The translations under genes were made by a program, and so were the position numbers. Of a stretch of 64,000 nucleotides of DNA, positions 1 through 11,687 are shown piece by piece (positions within the stretch are counted from its first letter, which is position 1; each line of letters begins with the position of its first letter). The notes under the pieces are model-generated. The model was given only the letters and a program-made list of their open reading frames with translations. It ran no database searches and was not told the DNA's origin. The stretch spans positions 2,948 through 66,947 of the forward strand of contig JBAZMQ010000007.1 in assembly GCA_041649675.1 (NCBI GenBank). The letters are read 5' to 3'. Source of the stretch: Patescibacteria group bacterium (lineage in GTDB: Bacteria > Patescibacteriota > Patescibacteriia > Buchananbacterales > UBA6539).

Positions 1-484
1 AGACCGCAGAATTGTGGACGGACGCCACTGTATGGCCTGCGAAATGGCAAAGGCCAACCTCAACCCGCCAAACGGTTTTGGGGTGGAGCAAATCTGTTCC
101 ATTAACGGCGTTATTGGGCTGTACTTTTTATTTCGCGGGACAGCGGAAAAACTCGATGGAGATATCAGCCCAAAAAAAATTGCTCTCCTTGCTTTTGCGG
201 GTTACCAGCCAGCTATTTTAGCCTACCAATACCTGGGCCGGCAACTGGGCACCTTCCTGGCAATCCTGATTAATACCGTTGACCCGGATTCAGTGGTCAT
301 TAGCGGCGGCATAGCCGAAGCCGAAGAGCTCTTCATTGGCGAGATGTTTGCCGTCATCAAAGCCAATATTAATCCCGAGGTTTATAACGGAATTGACGGA
401 GTGGCTAAGCCATTAATGATCAGGAAATCAAGACTCGGCGAAGATGCCCAAGCCATTGGCGCTGCTATGCTGATTGAAATGTAG
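1..484 (+). CDS. ROK-family sugar kinase/regulator, C-terminal part (5' end truncated by window edge)
   Basis: ORF runs in frame to base 2; VVISGGIA and Cys-rich motif typical of ROK family; GC-richer than background. Confidence 0.5.
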   Translation, partial: DRRIVDGRHCMACEMAKANLNPPNGFGVEQICSINGVIGLYFLFRGTAEKLDGDISPKKIALLAFAGYQPAILAYQYLGRQLGTFLAILINTVDPDSVVISGGIAEAEELFIGEMFAVIKANINPEVYNGIDGVAKPLMIRKSRLGEDAQAIGAAMLIEM

Positions 485-509
485 CCAAACGGACAATCAG
501 GAGAAAATA

Positions 510-689
510 ATGCTTTGCAGCGGCTATGAAGAGTTGACTGACGACGAACTAAGTGAAACTTTTAGGCTGGTTGAAGAATGGTTGGATCGCTCGGCTAGCG
601 AAAGCGATGTTCCAAAGCAACCCTACCTTGATGCCTGCCCGAATCTATCGGCAAAAAGTCTATTTTGTTACAGAATCATGAACCTGTAA
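510..689 (+). CDS. small hypothetical protein
   Basis: ORF directly followed by an intrinsic terminator; no recognisable family. Confidence 0.25.
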   Translation: MLCSGYEELTDDELSETFRLVEEWLDRSASESDVPKQPYLDACPNLSAKSLFCYRIMNL

Positions 690-693
690 TCAC

Positions 694-727
694 CCGCCAA
701 ACCATTAAGGTTATGGCGGTTTTTTTA
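694..727 (+). terminator. rho-independent terminator
   Basis: ccgcca..tggcgg stem followed by T7 run. Confidence 0.5.
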
Positions 728-825
728 AATTTAACCATTTTAAATAGACGAGGACAAAAACCTCGTCTCTTGTCTGCCCTATCTGTTCCCTGATTTCTGA
801 TCTCTAATTTCTGTTTTCTATTTTA

Positions 826-2148
826 CTACTTACCCGACCTTAAAGCCGTAACCGGATCAAGCTTGGCGGCAGTCAGGGCTGGAAAAACCCCAAAAATTAG
901 GCCAATACCAAAAGAAACGCCAACAGCCAAAAAGATTGAGTTTAAAGAAATAACAAATTTCCAAGTTAAGCCCTGAGAACTAGCTGCCACTGATATTAAA
1001 AATGACAGCCCAATTCCTAAAATAAAACCGATAATCGCCCCGAAAAATGTTATCACCAAGGCTTCCCACAAAAACTGCCATAAAATATTATTGTTAGTTG
1101 CGCCCAACGCCTTACGCAAACCGATTTCATAAGTTCTTTCCGTAACCGAAACATACATAATATTCATAATACCAATACCGCCAACCACCAAAGAGATTCC
1201 GGCAATGGCAATCAAGAGTAAATTTATAACGCCAAAAATTGTGTTATAAATATCCAAAGCCTCGGCCATTGTCATCACGGCAAAATCGTCTTTATCAGGA
1301 TCACTGATGTCATGCCGCTGCCGCATCAAAAAAGTAATGTCTTGAGCAGTTTGATTGGCCAAACTTTTGTCGTAAACTTTGGCAAAAATCATTTGAACAT
1401 AATCAATACCCATTACTTTTTTCTGTAAAGTCTGTATCGGCACATAAATTAAATTATCCATGTCAAAAAAAGTAATTGAGCCGCGCTTATCCATTACCCC
1501 AATAACTAAAAATTTATCTCGGCCAATTTGGATCATTTTACCCAGCGGATCATTGCCGTTGAATAATTTATCCTGAACGGTTTTGCCAATTACCGCTACG
1601 GTAGCCAGATTTCTGTCTTCTTCTTCGGTAAAAAATCGGCCTTGGGCAACTTTACTTGAATCAATATTAACAAAAGAAGCGGTTGTTCCCCACAAAAGAG
1701 TCTGTTTTTTTTCGTCTTGATAAGATACTATTTGTTGGCCAATGATGGCAGAATAATTGTCTTTAACATTAGGCAACTTCTTGATCGCTTCAGCGTCCGA
1801 TAATTTTAAAGTGGTAACCGTAACTCCCATTGCCATGCCCGCGGCATTGTCAGAAGACATTTGACTGGTGCTAGGCAGCTTGACTTCAACCTCAATGGCA
1901 TCAGTACCAAAGGTTTCAATCTGGCCAACCACGTACGATCTAAAGCCATCACCGGCTGACATTACCGCGATTACTGCCATAATGCCAATAACAATCCCTA
2001 AAATTGTTAAAAAAGTTCTGGCTTTATTGCGCCTTAATGCCTGCCAGGCAATTTTAAACGGAATAACAATTTTACAAAAAGAAAAACTAAGTAATTTGAA
2101 TTTACTTCTATTGCCCGAGGGATTATTTTTTACTAATTTAGTATTCAT
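826..2148 (-). CDS. ABC transporter permease, FtsX/MacB-like
   Basis: N-terminal TM, large periplasmic loop, C-terminal FtsX 3-TM bundle; downstream of paralog and ATPase. Confidence 0.8.
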   Translation of the reverse strand: MNTKLVKNNPSGNRSKFKLLSFSFCKIVIPFKIAWQALRRNKARTFLTILGIVIGIMAVIAVMSAGDGFRSYVVGQIETFGTDAIEVEVKLPSTSQMSSDNAAGMAMGVTVTTLKLSDAEAIKKLPNVKDNYSAIIGQQIVSYQDEKKQTLLWGTTASFVNIDSSKVAQGRFFTEEEDRNLATVAVIGKTVQDKLFNGNDPLGKMIQIGRDKFLVIGVMDKRGSITFFDMDNLIYVPIQTLQKKVMGIDYVQMIFAKVYDKSLANQTAQDITFLMRQRHDISDPDKDDFAVMTMAEALDIYNTIFGVINLLLIAIAGISLVVGGIGIMNIMYVSVTERTYEIGLRKALGATNNNILWQFLWEALVITFFGAIIGFILGIGLSFLISVAASSQGLTWKFVISLNSIFLAVGVSFGIGLIFGVFPALTAAKLDPVTALRSGK

Positions 2149-2215
2149 AATTCATAATTCTCAATTCCTTATTCATAATTCCTTATTCATAATTCATATC
2201 TATTCATACCTCAAA
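2120..2215. repeat. heptanucleotide tandem repeat (attcata/attcctt units) in the permease-permease intergenic gap
   Basis: about 9 consecutive 7-nt units directly visible. Confidence 0.5.
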
Positions 2216-3441
2216 GCTTCAATCGGATCTAAATTAGCCGCCCGCCAAGCCGGATAAAGGCCAAAAATCAAACCAATAGCAATTGAGATGCCGGAAGCAA
2301 TCACCACGGCATCAGGCGGAATAATAAAACTCCATTGATAGCCTAAATAATTAGCTACCAATGCCACCAGCCCGGAGATTAAAGTCCCTAAAATTATACC
2401 AATCAGTCCGCCACCAAAAGAAATAACAATGGTTTCGGCCAAAAATTGGATTAAAATATTTGATTTTTTAGCGCCAACGGCCTTACGCAAACCGATTTCC
2501 CGAATTCTTTCATTAACCGAAACCAACATAATATTCATAATGCCAATGCCACCAACCAATAGGGCAATGGCGGCAATGGCGGCTAAAAATAATTTCAAAG
2601 CATTGGTTACGCCGGTAAAAACATCTAAGGCCTGCTGCATGCTTCTAACGGTAAAATCGTCATCAATTGGATTAGAAATATTATGCCGCTGCCGTAAAGT
2701 AATTTTGATGTCTTCAATCGTTCTGTCTATATTGGCTGCCTCGTCAACCTTAACTCTAATAAAGCCCAAATGGTTTGAACCAAACAATAGCTTTTGGCCG
2801 GCAAGCAAAGGCAAAAAAATCTGATTATCTTGATTTTGAAAAGTAGCCGAGCCTCTTTCTTCCATTACGCCAATGACTTTGAAACTTTCCCGTTTAACTT
2901 TTACGTCCTGACCCAACGGATCAGAACCGTCAAATAACTCATTGGCTACCTGGCTACCTAAAACCACCACCCGCGAAGTAGTTTTTTCTTCTTCATTAGT
3001 AAAAAACCGGCCTTGAGCAACTTTGGCATCTTCAACCTCAATGTAGCTAGCCGTGGTAGCGGTAAAATTAGTATCAACGCTGCGGTTTTGCCAAATAATA
3101 GCGCCAATGCCTTTGGCATAAGAGGCAACCGCCAAAGCATGCGGCACATTTTGCGGCTTGGTTATAGCCACAGCGTCTTCATATTTTAAGGTAGTAACGG
3201 TAATTCCTAAAACCGAAGCCGGTGGACCGCCTTCATCCGAAGCGCCGGGCAAAATGCCAATCAGATTAGAACCGATACTTTTGATTTGGTCCAGAATCAA
3301 ACCCTGAGCACTGGAACCAATTGACATGATAATAATCACTGAAGAAATTCCAATAATCATTCCCAGCATCGTCAAAAACGACCTCAACTTACGCGAGGCT
3401 AAAGTCTTCAACGACCCCTTGACTGATTGAAAAAAATTCAT
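2200..3441 (-). CDS. ABC transporter permease, FtsX/MacB-like (paralog)
   Basis: same architecture as 826..2148; conserved C-terminal FtsX motifs. Confidence 0.8.
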   Translation of the reverse strand: MNFFQSVKGSLKTLASRKLRSFLTMLGMIIGISSVIIIMSIGSSAQGLILDQIKSIGSNLIGILPGASDEGGPPASVLGITVTTLKYEDAVAITKPQNVPHALAVASYAKGIGAIIWQNRSVDTNFTATTASYIEVEDAKVAQGRFFTNEEEKTTSRVVVLGSQVANELFDGSDPLGQDVKVKRESFKVIGVMEERGSATFQNQDNQIFLPLLAGQKLLFGSNHLGFIRVKVDEAANIDRTIEDIKITLRQRHNISNPIDDDFTVRSMQQALDVFTGVTNALKLFLAAIAAIALLVGGIGIMNIMLVSVNERIREIGLRKAVGAKKSNILIQFLAETIVISFGGGLIGIILGTLISGLVALVANYLGYQWSFIIPPDAVVIASGISIAIGLIFGLYPAWRAANLDPIEALRYE

Positions 3442-3574
3442 ACTAGAATAACTAATTTCAAATTTCCAATGTCAAACTAAATTCAAAATTCAAATGACAA
3501 AACGATTTGACTTTTAAACTTTGATATTTGATATTGATTAGAAATTGGTAATTGGAAATTTGACATTAAAATAA

Positions 3575-4297
3575 TTATTTTTTAAGTTCGCCGTCTTTGG
3601 AAACCAAACGACGATTAGCTACTTCTTGATCACTGACAATTAAGCCATCGCGAACTTTAATTACCCGCCGGGCATGATCAGCCGTGTCTTGCTCGTGAGT
3701 GACCAAAATTATACTGTGGCCTTCGTCATTCAAATCTTCCAATAATCCCATAATTTGGGTGCCGGATTTAGAATCCAAATTTCCCGTTGGTTCGTCGGCA
3801 AAAATTACTTTTGGGTTATTTACTAGCGCGCGAGCAATGGCCACCCGTTGCTGTTCACCGCCGGAAAGCTGGTTGGATAAATGATTAACCCGATGATACA
3901 AGCCAACGGCCTTGACTGCTTGTTTGGCTTTTTCATCCATTTCCTTGACTGACATTCCGGCATAAACCAAAGGCAACTTCACATTTTCCAAAACCGAAGT
4001 TCGGGGTAATAAATTATAGCTTTGAAAAATAAACCCAATCTTTTGATTACGCAAAGCGGCCAATTCATCATCGGAAAAATCAATCACGGTGCGGTCTTCA
4101 AATTCATAAACACCACTGGTGAGCCGGTCCAAAAACCCCAAAATATGCATCAGAGTTGATTTGCCCGAGCCCGACGGGCCCATAATGGCGACAAATTCCC
4201 CTTCGTCAATCGTGAAACTGACGCCGCGCAAAACATTGGTCACGACTTCGTCGGTCACATAATCTTTGGTTAAATTTTGAATTTTAATTAAGGACAT
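3575..4297 (-). CDS. ABC transporter ATP-binding protein (MacB/LolD-type)
   Basis: Walker [10 protein letters not shown], signature [15 protein letters not shown], Walker [13 protein letters not shown]. Confidence 0.9.
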   Translation of the reverse strand: MSLIKIQNLTKDYVTDEVVTNVLRGVSFTIDEGEFVAIMGPSGSGKSTLMHILGFLDRLTSGVYEFEDRTVIDFSDDELAALRNQKIGFIFQSYNLLPRTSVLENVKLPLVYAGMSVKEMDEKAKQAVKAVGLYHRVNHLSNQLSGGEQQRVAIARALVNNPKVIFADEPTGNLDSKSGTQIMGLLEDLNDEGHSIILVTHEQDTADHARRVIKVRDGLIVSDQEVANRRLVSKDGELKK

Positions 4298-4465
4298 AAA
4301 TAATTATTAGGCTTTAGATATTAGGCACTAACTTTTTTGAAGTTACCTTAATAATTTTAACAAATTTTGGGTAAATAAAGAAGGGCGGAAACCATTTCGC
4401 TGAAAGCAAAATAATTTCCACCCTGTCACAAAAAACGATATACCCCGCTCCCTACAAACTACTTA

Positions 4466-5425
4466 CTACTGACGTTCGCGTTGGCGCTTTTCGCGAAACC
4501 GATCCTCGCCCTGCTGCTCCAGCCGAAGCAGCGACTCCATACAGCGGTCAAGGGTTTCGTTCGCACCCGGAAACTGTTCAAAGTATGCCCGGGCCGCCGT
4601 GAGCCCACCATTACTGTCCGAGAGCTGTTTGGGTTCATAGAACACCAAACCTCCGGCCAGCAACATGACCTTATGAATCCAGGTCACAGCTGGTTGTCCT
4701 CTCACCGGTCGCTGCACGCAAATGCAATAATGGTTGTACGCCCTTTCTGGTTCCAATGTCACTTCCATATCATCCGCCGGCTTTTTCGGTTTAGACTTTT
4801 TCTCAATTGAGAACATCCCAGCGATGGTCATTTTGCCACCCGGCCACCAGACATGCGTCATCTTTCCCGACAACCAACGGATAATCGCTTCAAAGGCAGC
4901 AGTGATCAATTCCGTCGCCACCTTATTATCCTTGTAATCCGCCTTACGGGTGTAAACAGCTTCTTCCACCATGGCACCATTTTCCATGCGGCGCCACGTT
5001 GCACTCATTTTGGCGTTTTCGCCAACTTCATGTTTAACCACGACTTCGTTCCAGCCCTTAGCGAAAGGGCCTCGCTTATCACACCGCGTTACGATTATTA
5101 CACCCTGACGGGATTTGACGCTGTTTGGCGGTACTGCCCAGACAATCTCGCATTTAGACGGCGCAATACCGTGCCTAATTCGATATGTCTGGCACAGCCC
5201 TTGGACCGCCTCAACCGAAACCGCCTCGCCACTGCCGTTCATATTCGGCACGACGAAAGCTACTGGCGTCCGACCGCCCTCAAGCACTGCTCCAACCACT
5301 GCCAGATCCGGAATCGAGGTGGCCAATTCAATGGTTTGATTACCATACAGGGCAACCGCAGCCGGAGCCGATACAATATGCGGATCCGTCAAACCCGACT
5401 TCTGAAATCCTGCTACTTCGCTCAT
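4466..5425 (-). CDS. hypothetical protein, GC-rich orphan (no recognisable domain)
   Basis: long ORF with clearly higher GC than flanks; monocistronic; unknown family. Confidence 0.6.
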   Translation of the reverse strand: MSEVAGFQKSGLTDPHIVSAPAAVALYGNQTIELATSIPDLAVVGAVLEGGRTPVAFVVPNMNGSGEAVSVEAVQGLCQTYRIRHGIAPSKCEIVWAVPPNSVKSRQGVIIVTRCDKRGPFAKGWNEVVVKHEVGENAKMSATWRRMENGAMVEEAVYTRKADYKDNKVATELITAAFEAIIRWLSGKMTHVWWPGGKMTIAGMFSIEKKSKPKKPADDMEVTLEPERAYNHYCICVQRPVRGQPAVTWIHKVMLLAGGLVFYEPKQLSDSNGGLTAARAYFEQFPGANETLDRCMESLLRLEQQGEDRFREKRQRERQ

Positions 5426-5741
5426 ACGAGCTCCTTTGTGGAGACAGACATTATTTGTCCGTCTAGTTTAAGTCACTACATTGTAGCCAAAACACGGAAA
5501 ATCGCAGACCGCCACCACTAAACTGACCTTTTCTCCTTTCTTTAGTTTTTAGGTCAATTTTTTTTGTAAGTTAGTTTTCTCTGCGGGGAAAACTTCCTGC
5601 CACTATCTTAATTAAGTTAAAGCTAAACTTAGCTAAAAAAGTAGCAGGAAGTAAACATTTTTAAGGTACAGCTTTGGCATTTTAGGCCAACATGCTAGTA
5701 TAGCATATTTGATTAATTTTGTCAATATTTTAAGGCAAACT

Positions 5742-5768
5742 AAAAAGGGAAATTACTCCCCTTTCTGT
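5742..5768 (-). terminator. rho-independent terminator for 5783..6649
   Basis: minus-strand aagggga..tccctt hairpin followed by T5. Confidence 0.5.
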
Positions 5769-5782
5769 ATCTATTCTAAATT

Positions 5783-6649
5783 TTATTTTACCGGCATGTA
5801 GCCCGCCGCGTCCAAAATATTAACTTCGGGTAAAATTTTATAATCGGTTACCGACGGCAAAGAATCATACCATCTCATTTCAACGTTTCGGGTTTGACCG
5901 GATTGGAATTGGTCTAGGGCAATAAAACTGCCACCGACAACTCGGTCCACGCTAAGCAGGGCCATAAAAATTCCAACGTGCCAATAGCTGTAAGCGGAAT
6001 TATTGGTAATTTTGAAATTCAACGTGCTAACTGGCAGTTCACCACGAATTTTCAAATCCTCGGCTGGTTTAAATTCAATATCAGTAATATTAAACTTCAA
6101 ATGTTCAGCCGAATAATCCTTAAAATTATGAACCCGCTGCCAATTCACTTTGGCAATTTTAATCATGGCATTAGCCGTGTCTTGGGTTTCCTGACCAAAA
6201 AAACCAAAATATTTTTCTTCACCCGGCAAAATAAAACCAGTTTTTTCCGCCAGAATCTCACCACCGGAAATTAACTGAAAAGTTACCTGAGCGCCAAAAA
6301 AATTAGCATTGGGATTTATGATATTAAAAATAAAATCATAACGCCCTTCCCGGCCGCCAGCGACATCAAAACTGGCAATTTCTAAATCCCGAGGCTGATT
6401 AACTTGATGAAAATAAGAGTAATCTATTTGTTGAGTTGATAAATAATTTAAATCTTGCCGGTACTGTTGATCTTGAATTACTAAAATCATAATTAAACGA
6501 AACAGGCTGTAGCCGTACAAAACTACTGATAAAACAATTAAAAAGATGGCCAACATCTTTTTGAGTTTTAATTTATGCGTTACATACCAATAGCTCGCTT
6601 TTAGTTTAAAGCTGCTAACCTGGCTAAGTTGTTCGTTGTCTTGAGGCAT
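5783..6649 (-). CDS. hypothetical membrane-anchored protein
   Basis: N-terminal TM helix (LAIFLIVLSVVLYGYSLF), beta-rich remainder; followed by terminator. Confidence 0.6.
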   Translation of the reverse strand: MPQDNEQLSQVSSFKLKASYWYVTHKLKLKKMLAIFLIVLSVVLYGYSLFRLIMILVIQDQQYRQDLNYLSTQQIDYSYFHQVNQPRDLEIASFDVAGGREGRYDFIFNIINPNANFFGAQVTFQLISGGEILAEKTGFILPGEEKYFGFFGQETQDTANAMIKIAKVNWQRVHNFKDYSAEHLKFNITDIEFKPAEDLKIRGELPVSTLNFKITNNSAYSYWHVGIFMALLSVDRVVGGSFIALDQFQSGQTRNVEMRWYDSLPSVTDYKILPEVNILDAAGYMPVK

Positions 6650-6893
6650 GATAAAAAATTAAAACCCAATTACCGAGCGGCTGGTTCCGCTGTTTAAAAT
6701 AGAAAACAGCGAAACCGTAAGCCACGCTCAGTATAGAATCCCTGATTTGTTGGGATTAAAAAGTATACTTTTGGTTTATACCAACTCTCATCGGCATAAA
6801 ACCATCTTTATTATAACATAAATTCATTTTAAGGTTAAATTTAGCCTAAAAATCAAGCCAATAAAAACCAATTGTTTCTAGCCGACAAAACCC

Positions 6894-6921
6894 TTGAAAC
6901 AATCTGTAAATATGCTATAAT
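6894..6921 (+). promoter_or_regulatory. sigma70-like promoter upstream of gyrB (TTGAAA-16-TGcTATAAT)
   Basis: near-consensus -35/-10 with extended -10 about 115 nt upstream of gyrB start. Confidence 0.5.
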
Positions 6922-7025
6922 TATAGTAGTGAAAAACAACAGAAAATAAGACATTTTTAGCCTCATTTTTTAGGTAGATACCTAATATTTTTGTTAGTTT
7001 AAAATCAGCTTAAATCGTTAACTAA

Positions 7026-9250
<2,225 letters not shown>

Positions 9251-9270
9251 CTCTATAATTTTAATTATAA

Positions 9271-9306
9271 AAAAGGTCTGCCAGATTTTGGTAGACCTTT
9301 TGTTTT
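9271..9306 (+). terminator. rho-independent terminator after gyrB region
   Basis: aggtct..agacct stem plus tttgtttt. Confidence 0.55.
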
Positions 9307-9344
9307 ACGGGGAGCAAAGATTTGGCACGGCAAAATGATTCAAG

Positions 9345-9806
9345 CTAATTGCAAGATACTTTAAAATCGGTTAAGCCGGTTTTTTGGGTTAACTTGAGTG
9401 GAGTAGCTTCGTTGCCTGAATAGCAAAGAAAGTGCTGTTCGCCTTCCTGGAAAAGACCCTCCGCTAGCATTTCAGCTTCAGACAATGGCACTTCCGTCAT
9501 TTCTCCATCATCTTCATCATCAGAATCATCATCATAAGCCTGTATTCCAGCGGCTTGCCGGCCTAAAGCATCAGTTAGCCGCTGACAAATGTGATCAATG
9601 ATTTGAGGAATCAAACCGCTGCTCATAATTCCCTGATCAAGGTTCAAAAATACATAGCAGCTTTCTAGTACAATCAGCAAAACAGATTTGCCGCATTCCT
9701 GGCAAGGACAGCGCAGGGTAGTAAAAAGCATATCCTGGCGATCATGGCTTACTTCAAATGTAAGTTTTCCCATGGTGCAATATGGACACTTTTCTTCTAT
9801 TTTCAT
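9345..9806 (-). CDS. hypothetical zinc-ribbon protein with acidic tract
   Basis: CPYC..CPCQEC pairs at N-terminus, DDDSDDEDD run; SD gaagggg upstream. Confidence 0.55.
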   Translation of the reverse strand: MKIEEKCPYCTMGKLTFEVSHDRQDMLFTTLRCPCQECGKSVLLIVLESCYVFLNLDQGIMSSGLIPQIIDHICQRLTDALGRQAAGIQAYDDDSDDEDDGEMTEVPLSEAEMLAEGLFQEGEQHFLCYSGNEATPLKLTQKTGLTDFKVSCN

Positions 9807-9919
9807 GGTGCAAACCCCTTCTGGTTATGTGCCAAGGCACGATTCATATCTCCTAAATTTATCTTAAACCCAAATTTTAGTTTTTGGCAAATGATTTTTG
9901 GACTAAAGTCCCTACCCTC

Positions 9920-9949
9920 TTGACGAACTGGCCAACCTTATGGTAGAAT
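9920..9949 (+). promoter_or_regulatory. sigma70-like promoter (TTGACG-18-TAGAAT) for the secE-nusG operon
   Basis: direct motif match about 140 nt upstream of secE. Confidence 0.45.
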
Positions 9950-9966
9950 AATCTTACAAATTAGAT

Positions 9967-10080
9967 AAAGCCCGCCAGGGCTTTTTAAAATCCAAAAGTA
10001 ATACGAATATACAAATACATTCGAGTCTACGAATGCCACAAATATATTCGTAGATTCGCATTAATTCGTAAATTAGCATC
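9967..10080 (+). promoter_or_regulatory. structured leader: short hairpin plus T-run, then TACGAAT/ATTCGTA inverted-repeat cluster
   Basis: agccc-gcca-gggct+ttttt at 9969-9989; tctacgaat-N11-attcgtaga perfect 9-bp IR at about 10036-10064. Confidence 0.3.
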
Positions 10081-10086
10081 GTATCT

Positions 10087-10275
10087 ATGAACATTTTTGA
10101 CCGCTTAATTAACTACATAAAATCCTCTCATTTAGAGTTAAAAAAGGTAGTTTGGCCGTCCCAAAAAGAAATTATCCAACACACTTTGCTAGTGATTGGT
10201 ATTAGTTTAGGGGTGGCTGCCTTTTTAGGCATTGTTGACTATCTTTTAACTATTATTTTAGGATTAGTTATTTAG
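10087..10275 (+). CDS. secE: preprotein translocase subunit SecE
   Basis: 62 aa, single C-terminal TM, immediately upstream of nusG. Confidence 0.85.
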   Translation: MNIFDRLINYIKSSHLELKKVVWPSQKEIIQHTLLVIGISLGVAAFLGIVDYLLTIILGLVI

Positions 10276-10286
10276 CTTAAAAAAAT

Positions 10287-10832
10287 ATGCCAAAACAAAC
10301 ACTTCAACAAGGTCGGCGCTGGTATGTTATTCATACCTATTCTGGCTATGAAGAAAATGTTAAACGGAATTTACAGCAAAGAATTGAATCCATGGACATG
10401 GAAGACAAAATTTTTAATGTCTTAATTCCGACCGAGAAAAAAATCAAAATTAAAAACGGCAAAAGAAAAGTCGTAACCGAAAAAATCTTTCCCGGCTATG
10501 TTTTGGTCGAAATGGTAGTTGATGACAATTCTTGGTACGTGGTTCGTAATACCCCAAATGTAACTGGTTTTATCGGTTCGGGTACTACCCCGACTCCAAT
10601 TTCCGAATCAGAAATTAAAAATCTGCAAAAACGCATGGGCGTGGAAGAACCAACCTTTAAAATTGATGTTACGGTTGGTGAAGCCGTTAGAATCGTTGAT
10701 GGTCCATTTAAAGGTTATGAAGGAAAGGTCAATAAAATTGATGAAGACCGAGGCAAAATCAAAGTTTTGGTTTCAATGTTTGGCCGCGAAACTCCCTTAG
10801 AATTGGATTTCTTACAAGTTAAAAAAATATAA
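10287..10832 (+). CDS. nusG: transcription termination/antitermination factor NusG
   Basis: NGN domain (RWYVIHTYSGYE) plus KOW (GPFKGYEGKV). Confidence 0.9.
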   Translation: MPKQTLQQGRRWYVIHTYSGYEENVKRNLQQRIESMDMEDKIFNVLIPTEKKIKIKNGKRKVVTEKIFPGYVLVEMVVDDNSWYVVRNTPNVTGFIGSGTTPTPISESEIKNLQKRMGVEEPTFKIDVTVGEAVRIVDGPFKGYEGKVNKIDEDRGKIKVLVSMFGRETPLELDFLQVKKI

Positions 10833-10875
10833 AACGATAATCGTCTACCGCCAACCGTTAACCGTCAGATAAGCT

Positions 10876-11232
10876 ATGTACTATAAATTTGAAAAATTAG
10901 AAGTTTGGCAACTGACTAGAATATTTGTTTCAGAAATATATGCCGTAACCAAAGGCTTTCCCAAAGAAGAAATATTCGGTTTGACTTCTCAAATTCGGCG
11001 GGCGGCAGTTTCTGTATTACTGAATATCAGCGAGGGTTGCAATCGAACACAAATTGAATTTTGCCATTTTCTAAATATTTCCTTAAGTTCATTAGAAGAG
11101 GTCGTTGCCGGTTTATATATTAGCTTGGATCAGAATTTCATTAGTCAGAAGGAATTTGATAGTTTTTACGAAAAAACTAATGAAATCGCAGCAAAAATTA
11201 AATCATTAATAAATTCAATAAAAAATCGGTAA
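10876..11232 (+). CDS. four-helix-bundle protein (23S rRNA intervening-sequence protein family, TIGR02436-like)
   Basis: [24 protein letters not shown](A/S)EG motif pattern. Confidence 0.7.
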   Translation: MYYKFEKLEVWQLTRIFVSEIYAVTKGFPKEEIFGLTSQIRRAAVSVLLNISEGCNRTQIEFCHFLNISLSSLEEVVAGLYISLDQNFISQKEFDSFYEKTNEIAAKIKSLINSIKNR

Positions 11233-11255
11233 TCGGTAATCGGTTATCGGTCAAC
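11226..11255. repeat. heptamer tandem repeat atcggta x4
   Basis: atcggtaatcggtaatcggttatcggtc between the four-helix gene and rplK. Confidence 0.5.
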
Positions 11256-11261
11256 AAGTCT

Positions 11262-11687
11262 ATGGCTAAAAAAATTAAAACAGTTATCAAGCTGCAAATT
11301 CCCGCTGGCCAAGCAAATCCAGCGCCACCAGTTGGTCCGGCTTTAGGTCAACATGGTTTAAATATCGCCGAATTTTGCCAAAAATTTAACGAAGCGACCA
11401 AAAGTCGCCAAGGCGAAATCACACCAGTTGAAATTACCGTTTACGATAACCGCAGCTATGATTTCATTACTAAAATTTCGCCAGTAGCTGAGCTCTTAAA
11501 AAAAGCCGCTAAGGTTCAAAAAGGATCTGGTGAAAGTTTAAAGAAAAAAGTTGGCAAAGTTACTAAAGCCCAAGTCAAAGAAATTGCCGAAAAGAAAATG
11601 CCTGACTTAAACGCCAACGACGTTAATGGCGCAATGAGAATGGTAGAAGGTACGGCCAGACAAATGGGCTTAGAAGTCATTGACTAA
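11262..11687 (+). CDS. rplK: 50S ribosomal protein L11
   Basis: [19 protein letters not shown] motif. Confidence 0.95.
   Translation: MAKKIKTVIKLQIPAGQANPAPPVGPALGQHGLNIAEFCQKFNEATKSRQGEITPVEITVYDNRSYDFITKISPVAELLKKAAKVQKGSGESLKKKVGKVTKAQVKEIAEKKMPDLNANDVNGAMRMVEGTARQMGLEVID

Noticed and set aside
2120-2215. Possible CRISPR array or other spacer-containing repeat array
   Set aside because: Units are 7 nt with no unique spacers; no array with 25-40-nt repeats and spacers exists anywhere in the window, and no cas genes are present
1868-5521. Numerous antisense/overlapping ORFs in the track (e.g. 1868..2257, 2429..2824, 2958..3149, 3699..3884, 4481..4810, 4734..4937, 4853..5521, 5115..5339, 5185..5466)
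   Set aside because: Each lies entirely within a better-supported longer gene on the opposite strand or other frame and lacks start context; the GC-rich 4466..5425 gene spawns long shadow ORFs as expected
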